Shown: one piece after another, positions 1 through 13,085 of the stretch | Layout of the letters: each line of letters opens with the position of its first letter | Position numbering within the stretch: the stretch's first letter is position 1 | Source: the human T2T-CHM13v2.0 reference genome, Homo sapiens | Strand: one strand, 5' to 3' | NCBI RefSeq assembly: GCF_009914755.1 | Contig: NC_060932.1 | Length of the DNA: 64,000 nucleotides | Position numbers and translations under genes: made by a program | The notes under the pieces: generated by a model | The model's input: the letters and a program-made list of their open reading frames with translations, nothing else | Database searches by the model: none | Told to the model about the DNA's origin: nothing

Positions 1-520
1 TACAGGGTTGGAAGTGAAGAAGCTGAGTTACGAGTAGAGGTTGTTCCATTAAGAAAATTGTCTTTGAAGCCATGCAGAGAGAAAGGTGAGTAGCTAGAAG
101 GGGACACTGAGTTTGGGGGGATGGTTTTAGAAGTTAGAGTCTTGAACGTGTTTATCCATTGAGAAGCAGCCTGTGGAAAGGAAAGCTGAAGAGGTGAAGA
201 GATGGAAAGGGATGGATTCTGGACCAGGGTTGGAGACATTAATCTGCAACAACAGGAAGAGCACATCTCCATCTGAAATTGTAAGAAAGGAAATAGATGT
301 AAAAAGGTTTGTGTGTGTGTGAAAAGAAAACTTAGGAATTTTAAGTCCAATGACCTCAATTGCCCAGGTATGAAGAAAGCCATTTTCCAAGGTGAAGGAA
401 CAAGAAAGGAGAGAAACAATGAAGGGCAGGCACTGGTTTTGACATCTGCTATGGACATGGAAGGAATGAAACTTGCAAAGTGGAACTAACTGGGCATGGA
501 AAATGATTTGAGAAATCATA
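1..520 (-). mobile_element. L2 LINE fragment (degenerate)
   Basis: GA-rich sequence resembling antisense L2 (gagagaaaggtgagtagctagaagggg); boundaries approximate. Confidence 0.45.
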
Positions 521-769
521 AATTAGCAGAGATGCCTATCAGCAGTCCAGAGGTCTAGAAGTCCTGCCCATTCTCACACCATTAAACCCAGTTCTGACAC
601 ACTTTGAACCAGATCGTCTAATTCCTCAAAGCTCAGAGCGCCTTGTGCTCATGGGGTAAGTATTCAAATTAGATAAATTAATATAAAATCCATGCAAAAT
701 GAGTATAGTAAAATCCTTTAATCTGTGGACTCTGCCAGCGGTGACTGAATGCAGGTTTTCCAGTATTAG

Positions 770-915
770 GAGGATGCTGGCTGGCTGTTTAATGTCTTCA
801 CCAAAGACTAGACAATGGGAAATGGGCTTAAATTGCAGCCAAGTTTCAATAAGGAAGGACGTTCTATGGAAGAGTAGCTAAACACGCTGATGGGCTCCGA
901 GAGACTACAGAGAAC
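770..915 (+). mobile_element. L3/CR1 LINE 3' fragment
   Basis: ggaaatgggcttaaattgcagc...ataaggaagga...taaacac matches the recalled L3 3'-end consensus. Confidence 0.65.
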
Positions 916-1139
916 AGCCTGCCCTGTGGAATACATATGTCTTAAGTGCTTTTGATCCAATCCTAGGAGCATAGTTTATTTGATTTCTTAAATACCCTTT
1001 TAGTGCTATGCCACTGTTGGATTTTAAGCAAAAAGGAATATATAGTAGCACAGCCCATATAATGGAGACAGCACATAGTACTTTTTTCTTTCTTTACTTT
1101 TTATTTTACTTTCTTCCATAATAGACACATTAGAGGTAA

Positions 1140-1600
1140 CTTCTATGTAAAATTATCTGGACATTACATCAAAATAAGTCACATGTAATTATTAATTGTG
1201 TCATAGTCCCATCAAGTAAAAAAGATCCATAGACCCTCAATCCTCTATCTAGCCTTGTTGGTTATCACTAGCTTGATTAAAGGGAATGATACTCGTTTGT
1301 AAATGCATTTGGCAAACTTACCCTGCTATTGTTTCCATTATTTTGCAAATTACAGACATTGAGATGAAGGCTCTGTAATTTCCTAGTGTTCTCTTTATTC
1401 CTGCTTGGAAAACTGGTATTGCCCTGGCATACTTCCACTTTGCTGTTATTTCATTTGAATACAGCAAATTCTTTATTATGATTAACAAAGACTTCTGCTC
1501 CATTCCTCTTTGAATATCAGTCTGCTCATGGAGATGTGTTGATTTTGAGCCGTGCTGTCTCCTTGAATCTCTCTGTTTCACTGATCTCAAAGATGTTCAA
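1140..1600 (-). mobile_element. CR1-clade LINE reverse-transcriptase fossil
   Basis: Minus-strand translation gives LKINTSP*AD, then NEITAKWKYARAIPVFQAGIKRTLGNYRAFISMSVICKIMETI, then NQQG and LHVTYFD, in the order of the CR1 RT motifs KSPGPDG, WK.A...P.FK.G....NYRP.SL....KI.E, NQHGF and VDVIYLDF. Confidence 0.75.
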
Positions 1601-2351
1601 GACAACAGACACCCAAGTATTCCTAAATGACATGTTTTTTTGTGTGTTCTCCATTTTGAATTTGTTATACGTTTAGTAATTTTACCTTTGTCTGGAACTT
1701 TTGTCTGGAACCTTTTTCTCCTCTTCTTTAACTTGTCTAATTCGAAATGCCTCCTTCACTTATTACCTAAGAGCCTGAAAATATGCAAGTGGTCGGGTTT
1801 GGTAATCTTGCAATTTGTAAGCTTCTTTGCCCTTTCATATTTTGGGGTTTTTCTTCCTCATATATCTCTCTCAAGATTTTTGCTCAGTGCCAGGTACTTT
1901 GGGGGTATCTCGAGTAGGCAAATAGCTTTCCTTGAGCACTACACACTTCTAATCCATTAACTAATCATTGCACTGGAATCACATTTCCCAAAATCAGGCT
2001 CTCCTTCCTTAAGTCCTGCCTGAATATCTAGTATAATATTCATTGAGCAGTCCTCACACTTAGAGAGTACTAAGTAAATATTTTCCTCCTAAGATCAGTC
2101 ATATTTAGAAAAAAATCACATTAATAGAGCTCTTCTAGGTAGAAAGTGCTGGAACCAAAACAGGTGCATGACTGTGACTTGGGAGCCCATCTTCCATGAT
2201 CAAATATCAACATGGAAAGTTCTTCTCTTATCCCTCTCCCCCAGCTCCTTTTGTCTCCCCCTTCCCTCGCACTCCTCCCTGGTGTCAGCATCTTCAGTCA
2301 CTCCTTGTTACTTTAACCCAATTGGGCAAATACTGGGAGGAGTGTACTGAG

Positions 2352-2570
2352 GATAATAATAGCAACAATAAGAGCTCACATTTCTTAAGAGCCTAACACG
2401 TGACAGGCATTGTTCTGTGTTTTACATCCTTTATCTCAGCTAATCTTCTCAACAATCTCATGAGGAGAGTAATACCAGAGAAGTGGACCCTGAGAACTCA
2501 GAAAGCTAGCGACTAAGGAGAAGGTTCAGGATTTGAACTCAGGGTGTCTGATTGCAGAGCTAGAACTACA
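2352..2570 (-). mobile_element. MIR SINE
   Basis: Antisense MIR core and tRNA-derived part (ggatttgaactcagggtgtctga). Confidence 0.6.
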
Positions 2571-2689
2571 CTGTGTATATGCAGAGGAAGCATCCAATGA
2601 ATCATGAGCATTTTATGGTGACTATTATTCAGGTATGTATCTTCCATGTATTGAGTACTACTACCACATGCTTAGGCTGGGTTTGACCT

Positions 2690-2830
2690 CTCATCCCATT
2701 TACTTTTCACAATCACCCATGGAATTAGGGTTTCCGTTTAACAATCAAGGAAACTGAACCTCAAAGGCATTCTGTAACTTGCCCAGGATTACTCATCGAG
2801 TAAGAAAGGGGAGTCCTGAATATTCCAGCC
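2690..2830 (-). mobile_element. MIR fragment
   Basis: ggaaactgaacctcaaagg...aacttgcccagg core. Confidence 0.45.
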
Positions 2831-4572
2831 AGTCTGCCCTTTTCACCCCTTTTTAGGGTTTGCTTTAGAGAGTGGATTGAATTTTTCCTCATCAGACTGA
2901 GGATTCTAATGAGGTCACACGGATGATAATAATTAGAAATCAATGGCTTGTGTTTCTCCCTTCATAAGTAGAGTCTTAGTCCCTGAGGGTGGATCACGTG
3001 GGCTCCCACACATCTCCTCCTGCTGCGAGCTGTTCGTGCTCTGTCAGCCCCTCTGCCAGAGGAAGGTGTATCATACAGTGGTCTGTGGCACAAGAGGAAG
3101 AAGGACTCACACCCGTCTTAACCTCAGCAGTGCTCTGTGTGCCCTGGTGCCCTAATGTCTACAGCTGTCTCAGTGTTCTTTAAAATGTAAAAAAGCTCTT
3201 TCACTTTTTACTTACAGTCCCTCTACTGTCCATGAGATTCAACTACCAGTGCATGGGGACCAGGCCAGGGCTCAACGCCACATGACAAACCCCATTCTGT
3301 ATCCAGAATCCTCCTCCTGTCCACTGACTGAGAGGTGCCTTTGTTCCCTGGTAGATCTCATTGAGCCTGGATCTTTCTCTCCTCCTAATGAGCTCTCCAA
3401 GGAGACTCCTTTGGTGGGGTCACCTTATCAATTTTCTACAAATATTCTATGCTTTAAATCTCACTTAGACTCGGGGGCAGAGTCCCTATCAGCTGCTTTT
3501 CGCTTTTCATCTGTCCCATATCCAAACTCCATAGCCCAGGGCACCTATTTCCTTTTGGAGAATTGCTCTTGCCCCCAAATGTTATCTTGGCAGAGGGTAA
3601 TAGTTGCCTCTGACTAGGGAAGCTGCCCCTCCAGGAAGTGAGCGTGTGACCTTGTTTGGCCAGTCGGTGCTCCCCTCTGGGACTGTGAATCACAAGTAAG
3701 CAACACAAAGATGTTAGAGATGGGTAGAAATGCTGCCTACTCCTGCTGTGGGTCCTGAGGGCTGGCTCTCACATTGCCCCTAATGCCTGCAGGTTCCAAG
3801 CCTGAAGCTGATTCTCTGAGCTCCTGACATACTTACAATCACTTACCTTTTATGTAAAATAGTCAGGGTGCACTTCTGTTGCAAACTATTCAGAATCCAG
3901 ACTGAAATACACTCAAATTTACAATGTAAATGTGGCCAAAAACATCTTTGTGGCCCTTTGGTCTCTCATTCCCCTCCCTCTTAGCTTCTCCTCTGCTCCC
4001 AAACTTCCAAGGGTCTTAGGCTGCTTTCACTGTGCAGGCCTCTCTCATCATGGTAACTTTTAAGCTTGCCCTCTCCAGAGCTGAGAAGCCTGGATTTTTT
4101 TCTCCACCTTTTGTTGCAACACATTCTATTTTCTTCCACAAAGACTGATGACCAGGGCATCTTCATGGCTGTACAAGAATGCCATGAAACCATGTATCTT
4201 AAATCACAGAATACTCTTGAAATAAAGTCTTGTAGGAACAATATGTGTGCCTAATAAGAGAACAGCATCTCTGGTCCAAGCCAAGTTTGAAAACTAGTGG
4301 TATGGCTAATCTTGCTCTTCTTCCCCAAGGATATTCATAGGTGCTGATGGTTCTGAATGGGCAGAAGAAATAATATTTGACTGGGTACCAGAAAAATTAG
4401 AATCTTCTTCCATCTCTGGCACCGTCTCATCGTGTAGCTTTAATCAAATTACTCAGCCCTTTTGGGTTTATTATTGAAGTTGGAAAAATAAAAGCATTGC
4501 ATTAGATTTTCTTTATAAAGTTCCTTTCACACTGTGATTTGGGTGTTACCTCTTCCAGTGGTATTTGCATTT

Positions 4573-5269
4573 TGCCTTCCAAAAGATCCCTAGAATTGCT
4601 AAATAGTAGAAAGGAGAGCTTTATTGGCGGTATCAGTTTGCAAACTGTGAAGAGATAGTCTTCAGCATGGAGCAAAGGTGCTCTCTCTTCAAAGAGGGAA
4701 AGGGCAGTTGGGTTTTATGTCTCTCAGGTCCAGCATCATGCAATAGAGTCCTACACATTGAGCAGGTTTGGGGATAAAGTTATACATATTTATGAAGGAA
4801 GTTGAGCGCATGTGCGATGGGTAAACATACATGTAATATACATCCCACGTTCACTTTGAGGTGGGGTTTCAGCATTAAAATGAGGTGGAATTTGGATCTT
4901 TACAGCAAAAGGTGAACTATAGGACACAGACAGTTTGTGTGCAGTCTCTATTAAGCTGGCTGAAATTGGCTTGAGGTCTGCAGTTGCTTATCAAGAAAGA
5001 ATGTTTGTAAGACTGGTCCTCTGTCCAATCAGAGTTACAGTGACCTGGGTTGTAAATCAGAGTTAGGAAGGCTCTGACACTTTGCCTGATAGCTCCTATT
5101 GTTAGGAAGTTTAGCAAGAGTATGAATTTTTTCTTGTAGCTGTAGGAATTTAGGAAGTTACCATGCCAGCCAGGCCTGAACCCTTGGCTCAAAGGTAACT
5201 TTCATTCCCCTAACCACAGAGTCCATCTTAGTTGATAAAGGGGCATCTATTTTGATCTCTCAGATCACG
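4573..5269 (-). mobile_element. ERV1 solo LTR, MER39-like
   Basis: Reverse complement starts (c)GTGATCTGAGAGATCAAAATAGATGCCCC and ends AATAAAGCTCTCCTTTCTACTATTTAGC...GGCA; ~700 bp. Confidence 0.7.
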
Positions 5270-5869
5270 ATTATATCAGACGATTCTTGAAGTTTTCAAA
5301 CTCTTGAGATCGAACATAAATCATTAGTATCCAGAAGTCAAGCTTTATAACAGGCTATCAGGAAAAATATTTTTGGTTTGCTGAGATGAAGATGAGAGGA
5401 AGGAAAAGGGAAGAGAGGAGAGGTTTCTCCAATTTTACTATTTGTGCTTCTTGGAAATTGCAACTCCACAACCCATTCTTTTTCTCATTAGACAAATAAT
5501 GCAAAGAGCTTAACTATCACACCAGCATGCTACGAGGGGCTCCCTGGTGTGCTTCAATATTGGACCAAACACAGACAGATGTATTCCTGGTGCCTGTGTA
5601 ACATTACAACTCATTGATCACATGCAGCAACATCAACATCTCAAGGAGTCCATTTGTTCAAAACACAGTAAATGACTCCACATTTTCCCTTTGAGTCAAC
5701 AAAAGACTCTGCTTGTCACCTTGCCTGGAGCGGGGTGGTTTTTCACTATGTGAGTATCTATCTTTTTATTTCTGTCCCTTATGTTGGTGGGCACATGTCT
5801 GTATTGCTGTCCCTGTTACAACTCATCCCAGTGAATGTTAGCTGTGATGCCAGTAGTTACCATCTCTTG

Positions 5870-6060
5870 ACTATTTACCCAACAGATAACAATGCTTACA
5901 ATGCCTTAAAAATATTACCATTTGGCTTAAACAGTGATGAAAGAAATATATTTTTCTCTTCATTTTATATGAGGAAACTAGACAACAAGAGGGTCAGTAA
6001 CTTCCTGAAAGTCACACAGATAGTAAGAGGCAGAGCTGGGCTATGCACTTGTGCTTATTT
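5870..6060 (-). mobile_element. MIR SINE
   Basis: cattttatatgaggaaact...gtcacacagatagtaagaggcagagctggg. Confidence 0.6.
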
Positions 6061-6329
6061 TTCTCAATATTCTTGCTGCTACAAGGAATCTTGAAAGAGG
6101 AGATTTTCAAGAACGTGAGCAGATTGTCTCAGGAATTGGAGGAGGATAAGCATCTATTACTTATCTCTATTCATTTTGACTCAGGCCTGTGTAAAAGCAG
6201 GAAATAGAAGGCATGAGTGTTCCCCATAATATTTGCAGTTCATAAGTTAGAAATTAGCAATCAGCCCCTTTTCACGTAGGACACAATAATAGACACTCTG
6301 GCACAGTCCCTGCAATTTGGTTATGCGAA

Positions 6330-6480
6330 GAAAACAGGAAACAAGCACATTTTCACTGTGGTTTCAGTCTGAGGAGGGCTGGCATCTGCTGACGTGACGG
6401 CTAGATTTTCTTGTCAATATCGTATTTACTATCCTGATCACATGAGCGGAGAGAGGAGGATGAGTCACAGTTAACTGGCT
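6330..6480. promoter_or_regulatory. Candidate enhancer (TF motif cluster)
   Basis: ETS-like CAGGAAA 6335, RUNX TGTGGTT 6357, CRE-like TGACGTGA 6390, FOX TATTTAC 6423, MiT/TFE TCACATGA 6438, AP-1 TGAGTCA 6461 in unique DNA. Confidence 0.45.
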
Positions 6481-6996
6481 GCTAAATTAGGAAAATGTAA
6501 TCCATTTATTTCTTTCAAATTAGATTCCCCCAAAGCATTTTAGACCTTTTTTTCCTCAGCAACCATAGCCACAACCTAAACAGCTAACACATTCCCAAAC
6601 TAGGCTAATCTGGCTGTCTATTATAGCTAGACAATCTGGCTGTCTATTATAAGTAAATAAATTACCATTTTGTAGCATTTTCTTCCAAAATTAGGGCAGG
6701 ATTTTGAGTATATTAGTCTTCACCTACAAATGCCAAACTTCTTCTGCCCTGGCTTGACTCATGTCCACCCCTCACTGCCTACTTTCAAGAGCCATCAAAA
6801 TACAATGTAGTATGTCGATTTATATTTCTAGAAAGCCACAAAGTAGTCCTTAACCAATAAGAATCATAAATCATTAGCTCTGTGAGGAATCTATTGGATC
6901 ACTCATTTTATAGCTAAGGGAAATGGAGACCCAGCGAGCCTTAAGAAATTTCATGGACTCAGCTCTCTGGTTGCCAAGTTAACAATTGCAGCCCCC

Positions 6997-7315
6997 TTTT
7001 TTCGTTTCTTTTCTTTTTTTTTTTTTGAGACAGGGTCTCACTCTTGTCACCCAGGCTGGAGTGTGGTGGCACAGTCATGGCTCACTGCAGCCTCAACCTC
7101 CCAAACTCAAGAAATTCTCCCACCTCAGCCCTCTGAGTAACCAGGACTACAGGTATGTGCTACCATGCCAGGCTAATTTTTTTATTTTTATTTTTTGTAG
7201 ATATGGGGTCTCCCTATGTTATCCAGGCTGGTCTCAAACTTCTGGGCTCAAGCAATCCTACTGCCTCACCCTCCCAAAGTGCTGGGTATACAACCATGAG
7301 CTACCACTCCTGGCC
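6997..7315 (-). mobile_element. AluJ
   Basis: Antisense Alu with J-type positions (gagacagggtctc, ctgggctcaagcaatcc). Confidence 0.9.
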
Positions 7316-8361
7316 TCCCCCTGCCTTTTTTTTTCCTGTGCACACCAGTATACCTGAAAATCAGTGCCACACAGGAAACCCTGGTTTGGAAGTGTAAAAT
7401 GTGATGATCAAACAAACAAAAAAGCAAACAAACAAGCCAGCAAGTCCACATACTGTGTCAGCTCAGCCATTCTCCAGGAGGGGTAGTTGGGATGAAAAGC
7501 TGGGAACTCTTCTGTAGAAGATGGTTCAGCTTAATCTCCCAACCTGCAGCCGTTCACTTTATTTTCTTATAAAATTTGCTGACTTGAATCAGGGCCTGAT
7601 TTCTCATTTTACTCATATTTAGGAATGAGGTCAGAGACTGGTTTTCTTCAACCATAGACACTAGATTGCCTGTTTTGATCTTTATTTTCAAAGAATGCTA
7701 ACACTCCTTGGAAACTACTGGTGTTATTTCTCCAAGTGAACTGAGCTGCATGTTTTTGTGCCCTGCACAGAGGAGGTACAGGTTTTAGCAGTAACATGGG
7801 GTAAGCAAAGGGTACCTCTAGGAACCGTCATTCCTCCTTGTGGTCATCATTGTCATCTTCATCTCTTAAATTTAGGCTCTATTAAGGTCTTTACATGGAA
7901 GCCTCACGTAGTATTCATATGTTTTATAAATGGGAACACTAAATCTTAGAAGTTAAATAAATTTGCCTAGGCCACATCACTAATGAGAAGCTTCAGTCTG
8001 AAACCAGGAGTCTGACTCCAGAGCAAGTGGTTGATTATGTGTGGCCTTGGCCAATTCACTCAGAAGTAAAATAGTCCAGGATTTTCAGCAGCATCTGCAT
8101 TTTGAACAGAGCATCTATACATCATATAGCTAGGGGTGCTGGTTCAGATTGCTGCCTTTCAAGGTTGGACATGAAAGTTAACTTTTCTGTCTTCATTTCA
8201 TCTCCAGTCTAACAGTAATAATAACAGGTTGCTATAGGAGTGAAATGAAAAATTGTAGCATCTATGAAAATCCGTAGAGCAGTGATAAGGACTTGGTAAA
8301 TCTCATTTTCCTCCCTTCCATCAAGGAGATGCCTGGCCTAACCCAAAAGAATAATTTGTAA

Positions 8362-8644
<283 letters not shown>

Positions 8645-8769
8645 TAGTGGCGATTTTTAAAACACTGAGAAGCAGTCCTCACAGACAGACATTTTGAGAT
8701 GAATGGACACCAATGTAGTCCTCTTTTTAGGTCTACATTTTCAGGCAGTAGGGGTTTGTACAATGAGGA

Positions 8770-8865
8770 GTTCTAGTGCAGGAGCTAACAGGAGCAGAGC
8801 CAGACTACCTGGGTTCAAATCTCAGCTTGCTGTCTGCTTGCTGTGTGGCCTGAACTCTGCACCTT
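8770..8865 (+). mobile_element. MIR 5' part (resumes at ~11097-11160 after the L1MB)
   Basis: gagccagactacctgggttcaaatctcagc; continuation gggatcacggtaacacatacctcataggg. Confidence 0.55.
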
Positions 8866-8937
8866 TATTTTTTTCTTAAAAACTTAGATTTTGTTTATAG
8901 AAAACCAAACAATTCAATTTTAAAAATTGGCAAAGGA

Positions 8938-9590
<653 letters not shown>

Positions 9591-9870
9591 AATGGCAAAG
9601 AACTTGTATAGATATTCCTCCAAAGAAGATATACAAATAGCCAAAAAGCACATGGAAAGATGCACAAGCATTTATCATTAGCCACCAGGGAAATACAAAC
9701 CACAGAACAGTGAACTACCACTTCACACCCACTAGGACGGCTATAAAAAAAGGGGAGAAAATAACTAGCATTGGCAAGAATGTGAAGAAATTGGAACCCT
9801 CATACATTGCTGGTGAGAATGTAAGATGATGCAGCCTCTGTGGAAAGGTTTGGCAGTTCCTCAAAAGTTA

Positions 9871-10175
<305 letters not shown>

Positions 10176-10618
10176 CTAAATATAGAATTAAAATATGACC
10201 CAGTAATATCACTTTTATGGGTATATCCAAAAGAATTGCAAACAGGTGTTCAAATGAAAACTTGTATGTGAATGTTTAAAGCAGCACTATTTATAATAGT
10301 TAAAAGGTGGAAGCAACCCAAATATCTATCAACTTGTGAATGAATAAAGAAAATGCAGTATATCCTTACACTGGAGTATTATTCAGCCATAAAAGGGAAT
10401 GCAATACTGTACATTGTTACAACATGGATGAACCTCGAAAGCATTGTGCTACGTGAAAGAAGCCAGACACAAAAATCATACGATATTTAATCACATTATA
10501 TAATTGAATTTATAAGAAACGGCAAAAGTAGGAAAACTGGTAGAGATAGAAAGCCGATTAGTGATTGCCAGTGGCTGGTGGGAGATCAGTAGGTGTCAGT
10601 GGGTATAGGGTTTTTTCC

Positions 10619-10634
10619 GGGGGGGGGGGGGGGG
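10619..10634 (+). repeat. G16 homopolymer
   Basis: 16 consecutive G inside the L1MB 3' UTR. Confidence 0.95.
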
Positions 10635-10703
10635 CGGTGGTGATAAAAATGTTCTGGAGCTGGATAGTGGTGATGCTTGCACAATATTGTAAGTGTGTGT
10701 GTG

Positions 10704-10994
10704 TTTTTGTTTTTCAAGACAGGATCTTGCTCTGTTGCCCAGTCTGGAGTAGTGGCATGATTACAGCTTACTGCAGCCTTGACCTCCAGGCGCAAGCCAT
10801 CCTCTCATCTCAGCCTCCCTAGTAGTTGGGACCACAGGCACATGCCATCATGCCCAGCTAATTTTTTATTTTTTGTAGAGATGGAGGTCTCCCTATGTTG
10901 CCCAGGCTGATCTCAAACTCCTGGGCTCAAGTGATCCTCCCTTCTCAGCTCCCCAAAGTGCTGGGATTATGGGCGTGAATCACCACACCCAGCT
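10704..10994 (-). mobile_element. AluJ
   Basis: Antisense J-type Alu; TSD gc(a/g)caatattgt. Confidence 0.88.
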
Positions 10995-11399
10995 GCGCAA
11001 TATTGTGAATGCACTAAGTGCCACTGAATCGTGCACTTTAAAAATGGTTAACATAGTAAGTTTTATGTTATGTGTATTTTGCCACAATTTAAAAAAAGGG
11101 ATCACGGTAACACATACCTCATAGGGTAAAGTCTTAAATTACATAGTAAGCACCAAATCATTGTTGTCAATAATGGTCAATGGCAGGGATAAAGGCTAGG
11201 AGAAGATAGAGGATCAGAAAAGTCAGGATTGAAGGGACGGACTGGGAAAGAAGTAAGCTGAGGCCTGGGTGGTAAGAACATGAGGGATGAGTGCAGGAAT
11301 TGTGTAGTGGACATCGAAGAGGTGGTGTGGAAGGAAAACGTGTATACATGTGTATAGTAAGTTAGAGGGAGATACAGCAACCTTTTTATAAAATTCTAA

Positions 11400-11930
11400 G
11401 CAATGGACTAGTGTACACAAAACCAGCCTGAAGTCAATGGTAGGTTGATGTTCTGTGGTAAGAAGAAATTCAATGAATTTAGTACAGCATGCATGACTTT
11501 TCAAGCTTTAACTTATGAAGTAATCCAAGCTTCAGTTTGAGAGAGAGAGTTCACACCAAGAGCCTTCCTCTTTTTTTTTTTTTTTTTTTTTTAACATTCC
11601 TGGGTGCAATTAAAAAGAGTAGTCAGGGTGGATGGACATTTTTGTTGGGCAATACAACAGATTTCAGGAGAGGAGGCTGTAATATTCAGTCCCACCTTGT
11701 CTGGCGGCAGCTCTGATTCTAGAGTAGTCTCGATAAGCACTTTCCAGAGAGAAAGAATAATGGGCCGATAGCTAGTAGTGCAACCCACAATGGCTCTGTG
11801 GGACACTCCTCATTTTCATGTCACCCTCAACCCTCCTTCACCTGCCAATATTCTGGCCATGATAGGCTAGATATGACGTCTATGGATTGCACACAGGAAA
11901 AAGCTGTAATTCTTGGAGTCAAAACATAGA
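11400..11930 (-). mobile_element. Ancient non-L1 LINE RT remnant (clade uncertain)
   Basis: Minus-strand peptides SWPEYWQV, TSYRPIILSLWKVLIETTLESEL, KLGLLHKLK and KFIEFLLT follow the RT motif order P..WK, YRPISLL..K.LE, GLL.KL, WI.SFL. Confidence 0.45.
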
Positions 11931-13048
11931 AGGGAGAAGAGACAGGGAATAAGATATGAGCTGCTACAGACCCTTGCAGCTCACAGCTATCTACTTCCTT
12001 GCTCCTTGCCTAGGCTTGGTGCTTAGAAGCTCCTTTCTAGCAAATGCTCCCTTAGAAAAGGGAAATAAGATGCAGATTTGCAGCAGGCTAGGGCTAAAGA
12101 AACCCTGATAGGTGCTGTAGAAGCTGGGGGAAAATAGTTATCAGCTGTGTTTACAAGCTGTATTTCTGTCTTGCAGGTGTGGTGGGTGGAATTGTTTACA
12201 GGTGAAGGCGTCCAGCTTCCTCTATTCCAAGCCCTTGCCTCATCCATACATTTTCTTCTGCAACTCGGTCTCCAACTACTAAATGAGAGTCCTTGCCAGT
12301 TGGGTTCCTGGGCAGTTTATTAGGCAGAATTGGGAGAATGGAAGAGGGTAGGCCAGAGAAATGGAAAGGTTGGTGGAAAGGAAGTGAGTGAATGGGGCTA
12401 ATGGCTTAGAGTGGCAATGGTGATCTATATCGCAAAAAGGGGAGAGAAGGTAGGCCAGGGGACTAAGCAGAGAGAAACCATGTGGGCTGTATTGGAAGAG
12501 GGAATTTTGGATTTTACAAGTTAGAGGCTCTTGGGGATTGCCGGAGACTTATGGGTTGGGGGAGAATTGGCAGAGAAGGAGGTAGAGGCTTTGAGGGCTC
12601 TTGATTAGAACCCGTGAGGGAGAGGGAAGTATAGATTCGAATCCTCTTTAATTCCTATTTGGCAGCTGGACTGGTACTCTTTAAACATAGAGATGAGACC
12701 ACAGGAGATCAGCATGTATTTGGGTCTCATAAATAAAAGTAGAGACTTGACTGCCCCCTGGTATAACTTGTCCCTTTGTTCTGAGAAAGCGATCCAAATG
12801 ATGCAAAGACCATTGATTCAAAGAAACACGGATGAGAAGCCATAGCTCTAAGAAGCAAAACTCTCCAGTGGGACATTGGAAATGTGCTTTCTGTGATTTA
12901 CCCTGAGATGCTTAAAGGGTTTGTTTTAGCAGCAGCGCCATCTTTCTCTGTATTTGTATTAGATGGAGCTTATCTCTCCAAACCAACAAAACTCTGTTTT
13001 TTGAAACAACAGAAACAAACTGTTTCTTTCATAGAAGTTCCTCTTTCT

Positions 13049-13085
13049 ACACACACACGCACGCACGCACGCACGCACGCACACA
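13049..13085. repeat. (CA)/(CACG)n microsatellite
   Basis: acacacacgcacgcacgcacgcacgcacgcacac. Confidence 0.9.

Noticed and set aside
5672-6094. 140-aa ORF and a GTGAGT donor at 5750
   Set aside because: The 3' half is MIR-derived; no supporting exon structure
12751-12766. CTCF-like site (reverse TACCAGGGGGCAG)
   Set aside because: Lacks the conserved CC before the core; too weak without ChIP data
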